From Candidatus Marinacidobacterales bacterium (GTDB taxonomy: Bacteria > Acidobacteriota > Vicinamibacteria > Marinacidobacterales > SMYC01), in contig OZ250169.1 in the NCBI GenBank assembly GCA_965237955.1, forward strand, positions 7,872,001 to 7,936,000: a stretch of 64,000 nt of DNA, read 5' to 3'. Shown piece by piece: positions 36,528-48,052 of this stretch. A program made the translations under genes and the position numbers. Below the pieces are notes generated by a model. It ran no database searches, was not told where the DNA came from, and saw nothing but the letters and a program-made list of their open reading frames with translations. Every line of letters begins with the position of its first letter. The stretch's first letter is position 1.

Positions 36528-36959
36528 ATGCCGCAGGATACAGGGGTTGGCCGGAACGTCGTTCTGGACGGTTTGGACTTCGCCAGCTTGCGGCGGGTCT
36601 GGGAGCAGACCTTTGGGGCAGCTCCGCCAAGCTCGCTCTCGCGTATCTTCATGCGCCGCGTTCTCTTGCACGAACGCCAGTGCCGGACCCATGGCGGGCT
36701 TTCGGCCGCAACCCGGCGCGCTCTGGCCGCTATGGCGAACGAGACACCAGGCAACGCCGCTCCCGCAGGGTCCGTTTCTGCCGGCACCCATATCGTCCGC
36801 GAGTGGAATGGCCGGACCTACCAGGTCGAGGTAATCGACAACGGCTATCGGTTCGATGGCAAAACCTATCCGTCCCTCACGGCCATCACAAAGCAAATCA
36901 CCGGCACCCACTGGTCTGGACCACGCTTTTTCGGTCTGACGCCCAAGCGCAAGGCCTAA
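36528..36959 (+). CDS. DUF2924 protein
   Basis: Paralog of 24073-24504. Confidence 0.85.
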   Translation: MPQDTGVGRNVVLDGLDFASLRRVWEQTFGAAPPSSLSRIFMRRVLLHERQCRTHGGLSAATRRALAAMANETPGNAAPAGSVSAGTHIVREWNGRTYQVEVIDNGYRFDGKTYPSLTAITKQITGTHWSGPRFFGLTPKRKA

Positions 36960-36960
36960 C

Positions 36961-38623
36961 ATGAAGAAAATCCGCTGTGCCATCTATACGCGAAAGAGCG
37001 CGGAAGAAGGTCTCGAGCAGGAGTTCAACTCCCTCGATGCGCAGCGAGAAGCCTGCGCCGCGTATGTCGCGAGCCAGAAAGCGGAGGGCTGGGTGCTGCT
37101 GCCAACCGTCTACGAGGACGCGGGGCTCTCGGGAGGAACCCTGGAGCGCCCGGGCCTGCAGCGCTTGCTCGCCGACATCGACGCAGGTCTCGTCGACCAG
37201 ATTGTGGTCTACAAGGTCGACCGGCTGACCCGTTCCCTCTCCGACTTTGCAAAGCTCGTCGAGCGGCTCGAGGCGGCCGGCGCAGTTTTCGTCTCGGTGA
37301 CTCAGTCCTTCAACACCGCGACCAGCATGGGACGACTGACGCTGCATATGCTGCTGTCCTTCGCACAATTCGAACGCGAGGTCACGGCCGAGCGGATCCG
37401 CGATAAGGTCGCTGCCTCCAAGCGCAAGGGACTATGGATGGGCGGCCGCGTACCGCTAGGCTATGAGAAGGACGGGCGCACGCTGCGCATCAACGAGGCT
37501 GAGGCCGAAACGGTCCGGACGCTCTATGCGCTGTACCGAAAGCACGAAACGCTCCGGCAGGTGAAGGCCGAGGCGGACCGTCTGAGACTGCGTACCAAGC
37601 AACGCTTCACCGCGGATGGAACCCGAACGGGCGGGCTGCCGTTCCGTCGCGGACACCTACACTGCCTGCTGACCAATCCTCTCTACGCCGGCCGCATCCG
37701 GCACCAGAGGCGTGTCTACGAGGGCCAGCATCCATCGATCATTGCTCCGGAGCTCTGGGACGCGGTCCAAACGCAGCTGCAGGCAGGGGCTGCCAAACCA
37801 AGGAGACGCACGACGAAGGGCCGTGCAGCCCGTTCCCCACTGGCAGGCAAGCTCTTCGACGAGACCGGGGACCGGCTGACGCCGAGCCACACCAAAAAGA
37901 AAAACGGGCAACGGCTCCGCTACTACGTCTCCCGGCGCCTCATCCAGCACAGTGGCCAAAAGGACCTCTCCGGCTGGCGCCTGCCCGCCCCGATGCTGGA
38001 ACAGACCGTCGTGCATCTCATCCGACAGCATGTGGATGCTACGACCTTCTCGGCCTCGTTGATCCACACTCCGACGATGCAAGAGCTCGCCTCGGTGCGT
38101 CGCTTTTTAGACGGGCTGTGTTCCGGTAGTAATAAATGATAGTGCCTCGGCAGCCCCCCTGCTCCGTCTTATCCGGCGGGTCGACATCAGCCCCGGCTCT
38201 GTGTCCATCCTGCTCGACCGCAATGCGTTCGCTGCTTGCCTCTCTATGGGGCCCGAGCGCATTCGCGAGGATGCACTCCGCATCCTCGCACCGTTCCGCT
38301 TGCGTCGACGCGGCGTCGAGACCAAGCTCGTTCTGGGCAACCCCACGAAATCCGTCGACCGCACACTCCTGCGCAATATCAGAAACGCCCTCTCCTGGCT
38401 CGACCGAATCAAAGCAGGCAAAACCTATGAGCAGATTGCCACCGAAAACGCCATCCAAACGGACCGCGTGCGCAAGGCAATCCGTTATGCCTTCCTGGCT
38501 CCCGACATCGTCCGCGCCATTGTCGAAGGCCGCCAGCCCGTTGGGCTGACCTCGAGCTACCTCTTGCATCATCCGCTTCCCGACGATTGGGAGAAACAGC
38601 GAGTGCTCGTCAAAACGCTGTGA
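36961..38623 (+). pseudogene. Large serine recombinase, frameshifted near 38135
   Basis: Extra A relative to the intact copy at 61696-63357. Confidence 0.88.
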
Positions 38624-40439
38624 GCCTGCCAGCGCCCACTTCGTGAATGGGCTCGGTTAGCAGCAAGCTGCTCTCCGACACTGGCCTCCACCAATCAGCC
38701 TCAAACTGGCCCAAATTCCCTGTCATGGTTTCCAGACTCGGATAGCTCCTTGTACTGGACCGTCTGCGGAGTCATCTTCGTTTCCTCCGTAAAACTCCGC
38801 TGGATGAATTCGAGGTTTGGCCAATTCGAATTCCGCTATTCGCCTTCTCCTCAGGCGCGATCTAGGCGTTAAGCGTCTTCTCATTGTCTGCGCGATTAAG
38901 TGGAAAAACGTCCCGATAAGCCCCAAAATCGCCCCAAATTGCACGTTAATGGCTTGTTTAGCTCTGTTTCTGATCGTTTCCAGCCAAGAACCGGAAGCTC
39001 CACTCGAGCCTCCCGACTGCGATAGCCGGAAAGATGTTCCCGTCGACGAACATTCGCTGATGAGACGTAAAGCCTTTTGCGACAATGAGTAATGGTCGGA
39101 GCCGCCTCCGGAGGGCTTACGACACGGCCCTCTTTCAAGCGTCCAGGAGGTTGAGATTGCCGTATAAGAAATTTGATTGAAGCAAATTCGATTCCGGCTC
39201 GGAACGAGCACCCGCCGATGAGATGTGCGGGGACCAGCACGTGGTGGCTTCCGTTAAGTCACTGTAAAAAAACAGGATAGAACGCTGTGGGCATCAGGGC
39301 TTCTCTGAGTTTTCGCTACATTGCCCCAACCACGCGCACGGCCAAAAGTTCGATCCTGACTCCCAAAATTGCCAAAATACCTTTTGCCGAGACCGGATGG
39401 CTCGAGACTGCACCATCCACCACCCAGTCTTGCAAACTGTGGCACTGCAGAGACGGATGAGATTTTCCGCGCGGTTGGCGGGGTTTTGCAAGGGTAGGTG
39501 GCACCAGAGATGCGCTAGAAGGGCGGAACTGGCCTCATTTTCGGTTTTGGTCTCTAATCTCGATTTTCGAGTGCCACGTTTGCGCCAAATTGGGGAGAGG
39601 GCGCTGACCGGGCCAGCGGGTGGCGGGAAAAGAGGCCGCCCGAGAGGCTCAGAATCGAGGCCGGGGCTACTGCCGCGTAGCTGGCCTAGCACGTTCTGGT
39701 CCAGGTGTGGCCCTGGCCTCCTTTAATGTCCATCTTTGCCCAGGACCTGGATCCAGGTCTTCGCCCAGGGAGCGTAGCATCCCGTTGCTGGACGGTGTTT
39801 TCCCTGCGCGTGCGGAGAACCCGAATCGCCGACATCGCCTCCGACACGCCCCTGATCTGGGGCTCGCCACGGGGTGATGACGATCGAAACGGCCCGGCGC
39901 GCCAGTCTTGAGTTCGTTTGTGTTTTTGGACAGGATGGGGGAGCGGGTCGCTGACAGGGCCGTGCAGCGTCGGAAAAGAGGCCGCCCGAGGGATCCAGAA
40001 TCGAGGCCAGGGCTACCGTGGCGTAGCCGGCTAGCACGTTCTGGTCCAGGTGCGCCTCGGACTCCAGGCTCCCTGTTCGGCGGCCTGTTAAAATATACTG
40101 CCATGGCCCGGTCGCAAACACAGACACTAAACTGCTGATTGGTGGTCATTTCAAAAGGGCCGAGTTTTGGCACAGGACGGGGTACCGTGGTGTAGCGGGC
40201 GAGAAGTGATTCGGGCGGTAGTCCCGCACGGCACGGCTGAGAATCGCGAGAGATTCGAAGCTGTGATGCTGTGCTACGTCTCTCTCTATGAGCGTACCCG
40301 CGACGGGTACATCGGCGACGTGCTCACCCGGATCGGCTTGCGCTTCGGTGGCGAGCTGCTGGCGGCCTACGAACTCCAAACCTAGCGTTTGCGCTGATGA
40401 GAGGGGCGGGCGTTGGCAGACGCAGCTAGCTCGCGCACA

Positions 40440-40573
40440 GCGTCGCGACGCGCGCGCTGAGCATCCGCGATCGGGCCAGGCAGTACAGCATCCGGATCAA
40501 CGCGCACGGGCGGATTTATTTCCGGTGGTAAGATGACGGGCCAGGCGAGGTGGAGATCGTGGACTATCACTAG
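40440..40573 (+). pseudogene. HigB/RelE-type toxin remnant
   Basis: GQYSIRIN and EVEIVDYH* in different frames, upstream of higA. Confidence 0.7.
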
Positions 40574-40585
40574 GAGGTCAAACCG

Positions 40586-41017
40586 ATGACCGCGAACAAC
40601 GGTATGCGGCTGGTGCATCCAGGAGAGATCTTGCGTGACGAACTCCAGGCGCTCTGGCTGTCGGCCAATGCGTTGTCCAAGGCGCTGGATGCACCGGTGA
40701 ATCGGATCACGGCGACCCTGCACGGGCAACGAGGCGTGGCTGCCAACACGGCGGTCCGGCTGGCGCGCTATTTCGGGACGACGCCGCAGGTCTGGCTGAA
40801 CCTGCAAAAGACTCATGAGATGCGCCGCGCGAAGATCGCCGTGGGCCACCGAATCGCCGCATGCGTGAAGCCCTGGTGTACCCGGCAGCGTAGGCCGGGC
40901 GTGGCAGGAAGCGGTCAGTCGCGCGTCGATGCCGGCGGCCGATCTGGTCGAGTGACAACGACCACGCCCCGATCCGTCAGCGCGCCGGACGTTCTGAGAG
41001 GTAACGGATCTCGATGA
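40586..41017 (+). CDS. higA: HigA-family antitoxin
   Basis: VHPGEILRDEL...SANALSKAL...AVRLARYFGTTPQVWLNLQ. Confidence 0.85.
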   Translation: MTANNGMRLVHPGEILRDELQALWLSANALSKALDAPVNRITATLHGQRGVAANTAVRLARYFGTTPQVWLNLQKTHEMRRAKIAVGHRIAACVKPWCTRQRRPGVAGSGQSRVDAGGRSGRVTTTTPRSVSAPDVLRGNGSR

Positions 41018-44000
41018 CCGCCGACCCCAAAGGTCGAGGCCTCTTCATCGTCGACAACAGCGTTTCCGGCTGGACGGGGCTCCGCTATCTCGAAGAGTGG
41101 TCCGGCATCGCCAAGGCGTTCGATATTGCGACGGGGTACTTCGAGATCGGCGCCTTGCTCGCCCTCGATGGCCAGTGGCAGTCACTTGACAACATCCGGA
41201 TTCTGATGGGCGCCGAGACGACGTATCGCACGCGCACAGCGCTGCTCGACGCTGTGCGGGCGCACGCGGTTCAGATCCTCGACGGGAGCCTTGAGGCGAA
41301 CAAGGATACCAACCCGTTCTTGCACGGCGTCCCGGCGATTCTCGACGCGCTGCGCTCCGGTCAGATCGAGTGCCGTGTCTACGACAAGAACAAGTTCCAC
41401 GCCAAGGCGTACATCACGCACGCGAAGCTTGAGGTGGTCGGCTCGCAGGCGCTGGTCGGGTCGAGCAACTTCACAGCACCTGGTCTTACGAAGAACATCG
41501 AGCTCAACATTCAGGTCCAGAGCGCACGCGAGGTTGCCCAACTTCAGGAGTGGTTCGAGGCGCACTGGAACGAGGCGGTCGAGGTCACTGACGCGATCGT
41601 CGAGATCATCTCGCGCCACACTGACCGCTACACGCCGTTCGATGTCTACGCCAAGGCGCTGCAGGAATACTTCCGCGGCCACGAGCTGACTGCGACCGAG
41701 TGGGATGAAACTCGCTCGAAGATGTTTTCCAGGATCGACCGCTATCAGCAAGAGGCCTACCGGGTGCTCATGAAGATTGCCCGCCAGCATGGCGGCGCGT
41801 TCCTGTGCGACGGCGTCGGCCTCGGCAAGACCTTCGTCGGCCTGATGCTGATCGAGCGGTTGGTGCTGCACGAAGGGAAGCGCGTGGTGCTCTTCGCTCC
41901 CAAGGCGACGAAGGAGGGCGTCTGGGAACCGCACCTGCGCGAGTGGTTGCCGCACATCGGCGGCGTCGGTGGGAACGCGGACTTCAGCAACCTCGCGGTC
42001 TTCAGCCACACGGACCTCGGACGCAAGGGTGACTTCCCGGAGAGGTTCCGACGCATCGCCGAGCTTGCAGACATCGTGGTGATCGACGAAGCGCACCACT
42101 TCCGCAACCCAGGGACACGGGGCGACGATGATGAGGACGCGGAACCGTCGCGCTACTATCGCCTCTACGACCTGCTCGACAACGCGGAGCGGCCCAAAAC
42201 CCTTTTCATGCTCACCGCCACGCCGATCAACAACCGGCTGAGCGACTTTCGGCACATGGCCGAGCTGTTCACGCGCCGAGACGAGACGTACTTCGCCCGC
42301 ACGTTGGGCGTCAACAACCTGCGCGCGCACTTCAACCAGATGGAGAAGGCCCTGCGCAATCGAGTCGGACACGACCTGACCGATGTCTCCGAACAGTTGA
42401 CCGAGACGCATGAGATCCTCTTCTCCGACCAGATCTTCCGCCACCTCGTCGTGCAGCGCAGCCGCGCCTACGCGCGCGAAAGCCAGATCCGCGAGACGGG
42501 GAAGACGGTCGCCTTCCCCGAGCGCAAGCCGCCGCAGGTAGCCGCGTACTCCATTCGTAAGACCTACGGGCGGCTGCTCGACATGTTCGAGAACGCGTTC
42601 ACGCGGCTGAACCCGCTGTTCGCGCTCCCGATGTACTACCCACTCGCCTGGTACAAGGGACCGGACACAAGCATCGATCCGTTCGAACAGAACCGGCAGA
42701 AGCAAGTCGTTGGCCTGATCCGTACGAACTTCCTCAAGCGCTTCGAAAGCTCCGTTGTCGCGTTCGAACTCTCCTGCGACCGGCTGCTCCGGAAGCTTCT
42801 GGCCTTCCTCAAGGTTCACAGCGAGACCGCTGCGGAGAAGAAGAAGCTTGAGCACTGGAAATCCGACAACGCTGAGATCCTTGGCTACGCACGTAGTCGG
42901 CAACTCGAGTTTTGGGGTCAGGACGGAGACGAGTCGGAGGACGAAGACATCGTTCCCCCGGAGATGCTAAACGCTGTTAAGAGGCTGGACAGAAAGCAGT
43001 TTGATGTACCAGCCATGATCACGGAAACTTTTCGTGATCTTGACCAGCTTGCGCACTTCACTGCCGAGGCCCGGAAGTTCGAGCCCAAGCACGACGATAA
43101 GCTCCAGAAGCTCAGTCGGCTGCTCAAGGCGAAAGAACTTGCCGACCAGAAGGTCCTCATCTTCACCGAGTTCGCCGACACTGCCCGCTACCTGAGGCGC
43201 CAACTCGGTCAAGCCGGCATTGACGGCGTCGCCCAGGTCGACAGCGCCTCCAAAGGCAACCGCGCCGACGTCATCCAGCGCTTCTCGCCCTACTACAACG
43301 GCCTCTCCTCGGCAGAGCTCGCTGAGAAGGGCCGCACGGAGATCCGCGTCCTCATTTCCACGGACGTCCTGTCCGAGGGCCTGAACCTCCAGGACGCGTC
43401 GCGAATGATCAACTACGACATCCACTGGAACCCGGTTCGTCTGATGCAGCGCATCGGCCGCGTGGATCGGCGCATGAATCCGGAAATCGAGAAACGACTG
43501 GTCGCCGACCACCCGGAGGTCGCTGGCTCCCGTGGGAAGGTGAGCTTCTGGAACTTCCTGCCGCCTGACGAGCTGAACGAGATCCTCACGCTCTACACCA
43601 AGGTCACGCAGAAGACGCTGCTGATCTCGAAGACGCTCGGGATCGAGGGCAAGAAGCTCCTGACCCCCAAGGACAACTTCGCCGCGCTCAAAGAGTTCAA
43701 TCACGCCTACGAGGGCACCAAGACCGCGGTCGAAGACATGCACCTCAAGTACCAGGCGCTGCTTCAGGCCGACCCCGAGCTGGAGGTGCGCCTCAAGCGC
43801 CTGCCCGGCGCCACCTTCAGCGGCCGTAAGCGCGTGGCCCAAGGGGCGCGCGGCGTGTTCTTCTGCTACACGCTTCCCGCCCTCGACAAGGAGGCGGGCG
43901 AGTTCACCGAGGCGGCGGGCACGACCCGCTGGTACCTCTACGACCTCGAACGCAAAGCCATTCTCGAAGAGCCGGGCGAGATCGTCGCGAGCATCCGCTC

Positions 44001-44163
44001 GAAGCCCGAGACGTCCCGGCGCTGCACCACGGAGGAGAAGACGCTCCTCCACATCCGCAAGCAGATCGAGAGGCACATCAAAAACAGCTACCTGAAGCGC
44101 GTGGACGCCCCCGTCGGCGTCAAGCCGCAGCTTCGCTGCTGGATGGAACTGAACGAGGGCTGA
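41014..44163 (+). CDS. PLD-nuclease / SNF2-like helicase fusion
   Basis: FHAKAY...GSSNFT PLD motif; DGVGLGKT; DEAHH; LTATP; SEGLNLQ; QRIGRVDR. Confidence 0.92.
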   Translation: MTADPKGRGLFIVDNSVSGWTGLRYLEEWSGIAKAFDIATGYFEIGALLALDGQWQSLDNIRILMGAETTYRTRTALLDAVRAHAVQILDGSLEANKDTNPFLHGVPAILDALRSGQIECRVYDKNKFHAKAYITHAKLEVVGSQALVGSSNFTAPGLTKNIELNIQVQSAREVAQLQEWFEAHWNEAVEVTDAIVEIISRHTDRYTPFDVYAKALQEYFRGHELTATEWDETRSKMFSRIDRYQQEAYRVLMKIARQHGGAFLCDGVGLGKTFVGLMLIERLVLHEGKRVVLFAPKATKEGVWEPHLREWLPHIGGVGGNADFSNLAVFSHTDLGRKGDFPERFRRIAELADIVVIDEAHHFRNPGTRGDDDEDAEPSRYYRLYDLLDNAERPKTLFMLTATPINNRLSDFRHMAELFTRRDETYFARTLGVNNLRAHFNQMEKALRNRVGHDLTDVSEQLTETHEILFSDQIFRHLVVQRSRAYARESQIRETGKTVAFPERKPPQVAAYSIRKTYGRLLDMFENAFTRLNPLFALPMYYPLAWYKGPDTSIDPFEQNRQKQVVGLIRTNFLKRFESSVVAFELSCDRLLRKLLAFLKVHSETAAEKKKLEHWKSDNAEILGYARSRQLEFWGQDGDESEDEDIVPPEMLNAVKRLDRKQFDVPAMITETFRDLDQLAHFTAEARKFEPKHDDKLQKLSRLLKAKELADQKVLIFTEFADTARYLRRQLGQAGIDGVAQVDSASKGNRADVIQRFSPYYNGLSSAELAEKGRTEIRVLISTDVLSEGLNLQDASRMINYDIHWNPVRLMQRIGRVDRRMNPEIEKRLVADHPEVAGSRGKVSFWNFLPPDELNEILTLYTKVTQKTLLISKTLGIEGKKLLTPKDNFAALKEFNHAYEGTKTAVEDMHLKYQALLQADPELEVRLKRLPGATFSGRKRVAQGARGVFFCYTLPALDKEAGEFTEAAGTTRWYLYDLERKAILEEPGEIVASIRSKPETSRRCTTEEKTLLHIRKQIERHIKNSYLKRVDAPVGVKPQLRCWMELNEG

Positions 44164-44167
44164 ACCG

Positions 44168-47100
44168 ATGCCGACCGACCACCGCGAACGCCTCGCACGC
44201 ATCCGCCGCTTCGACCAGCTCATCGCCTACCTGCGCGACGAGCTCGGCTGGCCGATCGATTCGGACGACTTCGAGGAGCTGACCTTCGAGTACACCCCGG
44301 AGGAGCTCGGGATCGACGCGAAGAACGCGGCCAAGATCCAGGAGATCAAGCGCCTGCGCCCGCTCGTGCCGGGCCAGCCCTGGGGCATCTTCTTCATCAA
44401 GTTCGAGCCGAAGCGCCTGCCCGTGGTGGCGCTGCGCCGCATCCTCGGCCAGGTGGCGCTCAAAAAGCGCGCCTCGGCCAACAAGTCCGAGCGCCAAGCC
44501 TGGGCCGCCGACGACCTGCTCTTCGTGTCCAACTACGGCGAGGGCGAGGAGCGCCGCATCGCCTTCGCCCACTTCTCGAAGCCCCAGGACGGCCACGACT
44601 TGCCGACCCTCAAGGTGCTCGGATGGGACAACCTAGACACGCCGCTCCACCTCGACGCCGTCGCCCGCGAGCTGAGCGACCACCTCGCTTGGCCCGATGA
44701 CGAGGAAGACACCGACGCCTGGCGCGAGCGCTGGCGCGACGCCTTTAAGCTGCGCCACCGCGAGGTCATCACCACCTCGAAGGAGCTCTCCGAGCGCTTG
44801 GCCGAGCTAGCCCGCGCGATCCGCGACCGCATCCGGACGGCGCTCGCCATCGAGACCGAGACTGGTCCGCTCACGAAGCTCATGAAGGCGTTCCAGACCG
44901 CACTCGTCCACGCCCTGGACAAGGCCGGCTTCTCCGACATGTACGCCCAGACGATCGCCTACGGCCTGCTCTCGGCCCGTATCACCGACCCCGCGCGGCG
45001 TACCGCCGACGACTTCGCCGCCCACATGCGGACGAACCCGTTCCTCCGGGAGATGATGGAAACCTTCCTGCGCGTGGGCGGACGCCGCGGCAAAGCCGGC
45101 GGGTCAGGCATCGACTTCGACGAGCTGGGCGTCTCCGAGGTGGTGGAGCTCCTCGACCGGGCCAACATGGAGGAGGTGGTCCGCGACTTCGGCGACCGCA
45201 ACCCCCAGGAAGACCCGGTCATTCACTTCTACGAGCACTTCCTCGCCGCCTACGACAAGAAGCAGAAGGTGAGCCGCGGCGTCTTCTACACCCCGCGCCC
45301 CGTGGTCTCCTACATCGTGCGCTCGGTGGACGAGCTGCTGCGCACAGAGTTTGGGCTAGAGGATGGCCTCGCCGACACCACGACCTGGAGCGAGATGGCG
45401 AGGCGCCACGAAGATCTGGAAATCCCGGAAGGCACCTCGCCCGATCAGGCCTTTGTCCAGATCCTCGACCCGGCCACCGGAACCGGCACTTTCCTCGTCG
45501 AGGTCATCGACCTCATCCACGACACGATGGTCGAGAAGTGGAAGGCCCAGGGTCACGGCGAGAAGAAGATCCAGGCGCTCTGGAACGAGTACGTCCCGAG
45601 GCACCTCTTGCCGCGCCTGCACGGCTACGAGCTGCTGATGGCCCCGTACGCCATCGCCCATCTCAAGATCGGCCTCAAGCTCTCCGAGGCCGGCTACCGC
45701 TTCGCAAGCGACGAGCGGGCGCGGGTGTACCTGACGAATGCGTTGGAGCCAGCGGGGGACGAGCAGCTCATGCTCGACTTCCTGCCCGCGCTGGCGCACG
45801 AGGCCAAGGCGGTCAGTGAAGTCAAGCGAAAGCATCGGTTCACGGTCGTGATTGGGAATCCGCCGTACTCAGGGCTCTCCTCGAACATGGGGCCCTGGGT
45901 AGACGGCCTCCTGAAGGGTCGGCTACCCGATGGAACCCGGACCGAGAGCTACTACCATGTCAATGGGGAGCCGCTGGGCGAACGGAAGGTGTGGCTGCAA
46001 GACGACTACGTGAAGTTCGTTCGGATCTCCCAGTGGCTTCTGGACCGTACGAGCGTCGGGATTCACGGCTACATCAGTAACCACGGGTACATCGACAACC
46101 CCACGTTCCGCGGCATGCGCTGGTCTCTGATGCGCTCTTTCAACCGGGTTCGTGTGCTCGACCTCCACGGGAACCTTAAGAAAAGAGAGATTGCGCCGGG
46201 AGGGGGGCGGGACGTCAACGTGTTCGACATCCAGCAAGGCGTGGCGATCGGGCTGTTCACGAAGCTTGGCTCGGCGGCCGCACGCGTCAGCCACTCCGAT
46301 CTCTGGGGCGAGCGGGAAGATAAGTACGGCTGGCTTCTGGATCATGACTCCGGCGATACCGAATGGACCGAGTTCACCCCCGGCGCGTCCTTCTACCTCT
46401 TTAAGCCGTTCGACGACACGGGCGTTGACAGTTACTACGATTGGCAGGCAATCAACGAAGTCATGCCCGTGAACGTGACGGGCATCGTCACTGCGCGGGA
46501 CGACTTTGTTATAGACTTGGACCGGGAATCTCTTCGAAGTCGTATCGTGGACCTCCGTTCCAAATCCCTGTCCGACGACGCGATCCGGAAGAAATACTTC
46601 ACTGGAAAGGGCTCCAAGAAGTATCCGCCAGGGGATTCCAGGGGTTGGAAACTACCCGAGGCTCGGCGGAAGATCCGCGAAGACCATCAGTGGGACCGAC
46701 GGTATGTCCCGGTGCTTTATCGCCCGTTCGACATACGTGAGATGTACTACGTCCCCTGGATGGTGGATTGGCCCCGGACGAAAGTCATGCGACATATGCT
46801 GGCAGGGGAGAATCTCGCGCTGATTACTTCCCGCATGACGAAAGGTGAGGTCTTTAAGCACGCTCAGGTGACTCGGAACATCGCTGAAGTCATCTGTATG
46901 TCACCTAAGACTTCGAACAACGGGTTCGTCTTTCCAATCTATCTCTACCCCAGCGTCGGAAAGGTCGACGCGTCGCTGTTCAGCCGCTGGCCCAAGGGGG
47001 AAGGTGGTCGCACGCCGAACTTGGACTCAGACTTCATCGATCGGTTGGTGACTGCCGTGGACCTGCACTTCGTTAGCGACGGCCGCGGTGACCTCCGTCG

Positions 47101-47659
47101 GTCTTTCGGTCCAGAAAATGTCCTCGCCTACATCTACGCGGTGTTCCACAGCACCGGATATCGAGAGCGCTACGACGCACAGCTCAAGCTCGACTTCCCC
47201 CGCGTGCCGCTGCCTGGGGGTGCCGACCTCTTCCGGAAACTGGTGAAGGCCGGCCATGACGTGCTCGCCCTTCACCTCCTCGAGTCAACGAAGCTCAACG
47301 AGTTCATCACCACCTACACCGGACCCCCGAATCCCGATGTCGGCCGCGTCGGTTGGTCGAACGGCACCGCGTGGGTCAACGCCGGCAAGACCAACGCCCG
47401 CGAAGGCCATTACGCCACCAAGCCCGGGACTTTTGGCTTCAAGGGCATGCCCGAGGAGGTCTGGAGCTTTCACATCGGCGGCTACCAGGTCTGCCACAAG
47501 TGGCTGAACGACCGGAGGGGTCGCACGCTCGCAGATGAGGACATCGCCCACTACAACAAGATCGTCGTCGCCCTCGCCGAAACGCTCCGACTGATCAAGG
47601 AGATCGACGACGTCATCGAGAAACACGACGGGTGGCCCGGGGCTTTTCAGGCCGCTTAG
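44168..47659 (+). CDS. N6-adenine DNA methyltransferase with Type ISP-like C-terminal specificity domain
   Basis: FYEHFLAAYD...RGVFYTP, ILDPATGTGTF, IGNPPY, YRPFD, IGGYQVCHKWL. Confidence 0.92.
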   Translation: MPTDHRERLARIRRFDQLIAYLRDELGWPIDSDDFEELTFEYTPEELGIDAKNAAKIQEIKRLRPLVPGQPWGIFFIKFEPKRLPVVALRRILGQVALKKRASANKSERQAWAADDLLFVSNYGEGEERRIAFAHFSKPQDGHDLPTLKVLGWDNLDTPLHLDAVARELSDHLAWPDDEEDTDAWRERWRDAFKLRHREVITTSKELSERLAELARAIRDRIRTALAIETETGPLTKLMKAFQTALVHALDKAGFSDMYAQTIAYGLLSARITDPARRTADDFAAHMRTNPFLREMMETFLRVGGRRGKAGGSGIDFDELGVSEVVELLDRANMEEVVRDFGDRNPQEDPVIHFYEHFLAAYDKKQKVSRGVFYTPRPVVSYIVRSVDELLRTEFGLEDGLADTTTWSEMARRHEDLEIPEGTSPDQAFVQILDPATGTGTFLVEVIDLIHDTMVEKWKAQGHGEKKIQALWNEYVPRHLLPRLHGYELLMAPYAIAHLKIGLKLSEAGYRFASDERARVYLTNALEPAGDEQLMLDFLPALAHEAKAVSEVKRKHRFTVVIGNPPYSGLSSNMGPWVDGLLKGRLPDGTRTESYYHVNGEPLGERKVWLQDDYVKFVRISQWLLDRTSVGIHGYISNHGYIDNPTFRGMRWSLMRSFNRVRVLDLHGNLKKREIAPGGGRDVNVFDIQQGVAIGLFTKLGSAAARVSHSDLWGEREDKYGWLLDHDSGDTEWTEFTPGASFYLFKPFDDTGVDSYYDWQAINEVMPVNVTGIVTARDDFVIDLDRESLRSRIVDLRSKSLSDDAIRKKYFTGKGSKKYPPGDSRGWKLPEARRKIREDHQWDRRYVPVLYRPFDIREMYYVPWMVDWPRTKVMRHMLAGENLALITSRMTKGEVFKHAQVTRNIAEVICMSPKTSNNGFVFPIYLYPSVGKVDASLFSRWPKGEGGRTPNLDSDFIDRLVTAVDLHFVSDGRGDLRRSFGPENVLAYIYAVFHSTGYRERYDAQLKLDFPRVPLPGGADLFRKLVKAGHDVLALHLLESTKLNEFITTYTGPPNPDVGRVGWSNGTAWVNAGKTNAREGHYATKPGTFGFKGMPEEVWSFHIGGYQVCHKWLNDRRGRTLADEDIAHYNKIVVALAETLRLIKEIDDVIEKHDGWPGAFQAA

Positions 47660-47721
47660 TAATTGTGGCGACCCCGGCTCTCCGGCTCGTGGAAGACATC
47701 GAGGATCGCCCGCTGGTACCC

Positions 47722-48038
47722 CGTCCTGTGCCAAAACTCGGCCCTCTTGAAATAGCCGATAAATCAGCAGCTTAGCGTCTGTGTTTTGCGACGGTGCCAA
47801 GGGCTGTGGGCTTTACAATCGTCTGGCCCGAGGGTGTTATCTTCGGATCCATCATGACGTACCATGTGCAAATCCTACTGTTGGTCAGGCAGCCGTTGTT
47901 CGATCGGGCAGCCCTGCTGCTCACACAGACCTCATGGGTGCTTCCGCCATTAAGTGTTGGTAAAATGACGCTAAGACTTTACGGTGCATTAAATTACAGC
48001 CATGGTCTTTCAAAAGGGCCGAGTTTTGGCACAGGACG
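47722..48038. mobile_element. Deleted rve element (A end, transposase start, C end, short A end)
   Basis: Inward-facing A ends; MTYHVQILLL at 47854. Confidence 0.8.
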
Positions 48039-48052
48039 GGGTAGCCTTTTTC

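Larger units (their letters stand above)
36357..40179 (+). mobile_element. End-A-bounded unit carrying DUF2924 and a large serine recombinase
   Basis: Inward-facing A ends; same left junction (CTTAGACGCCCTTGGAATCCGC) at 23809, 55483, 55952. Confidence 0.7.

Noticed and set aside
38723-39240. ORFs of 91-162 aa in the recombinase tail, repeated at 59515-60032
   Set aside because: No motifs; several overlapping frames are equally open, so conservation reflects recent duplication
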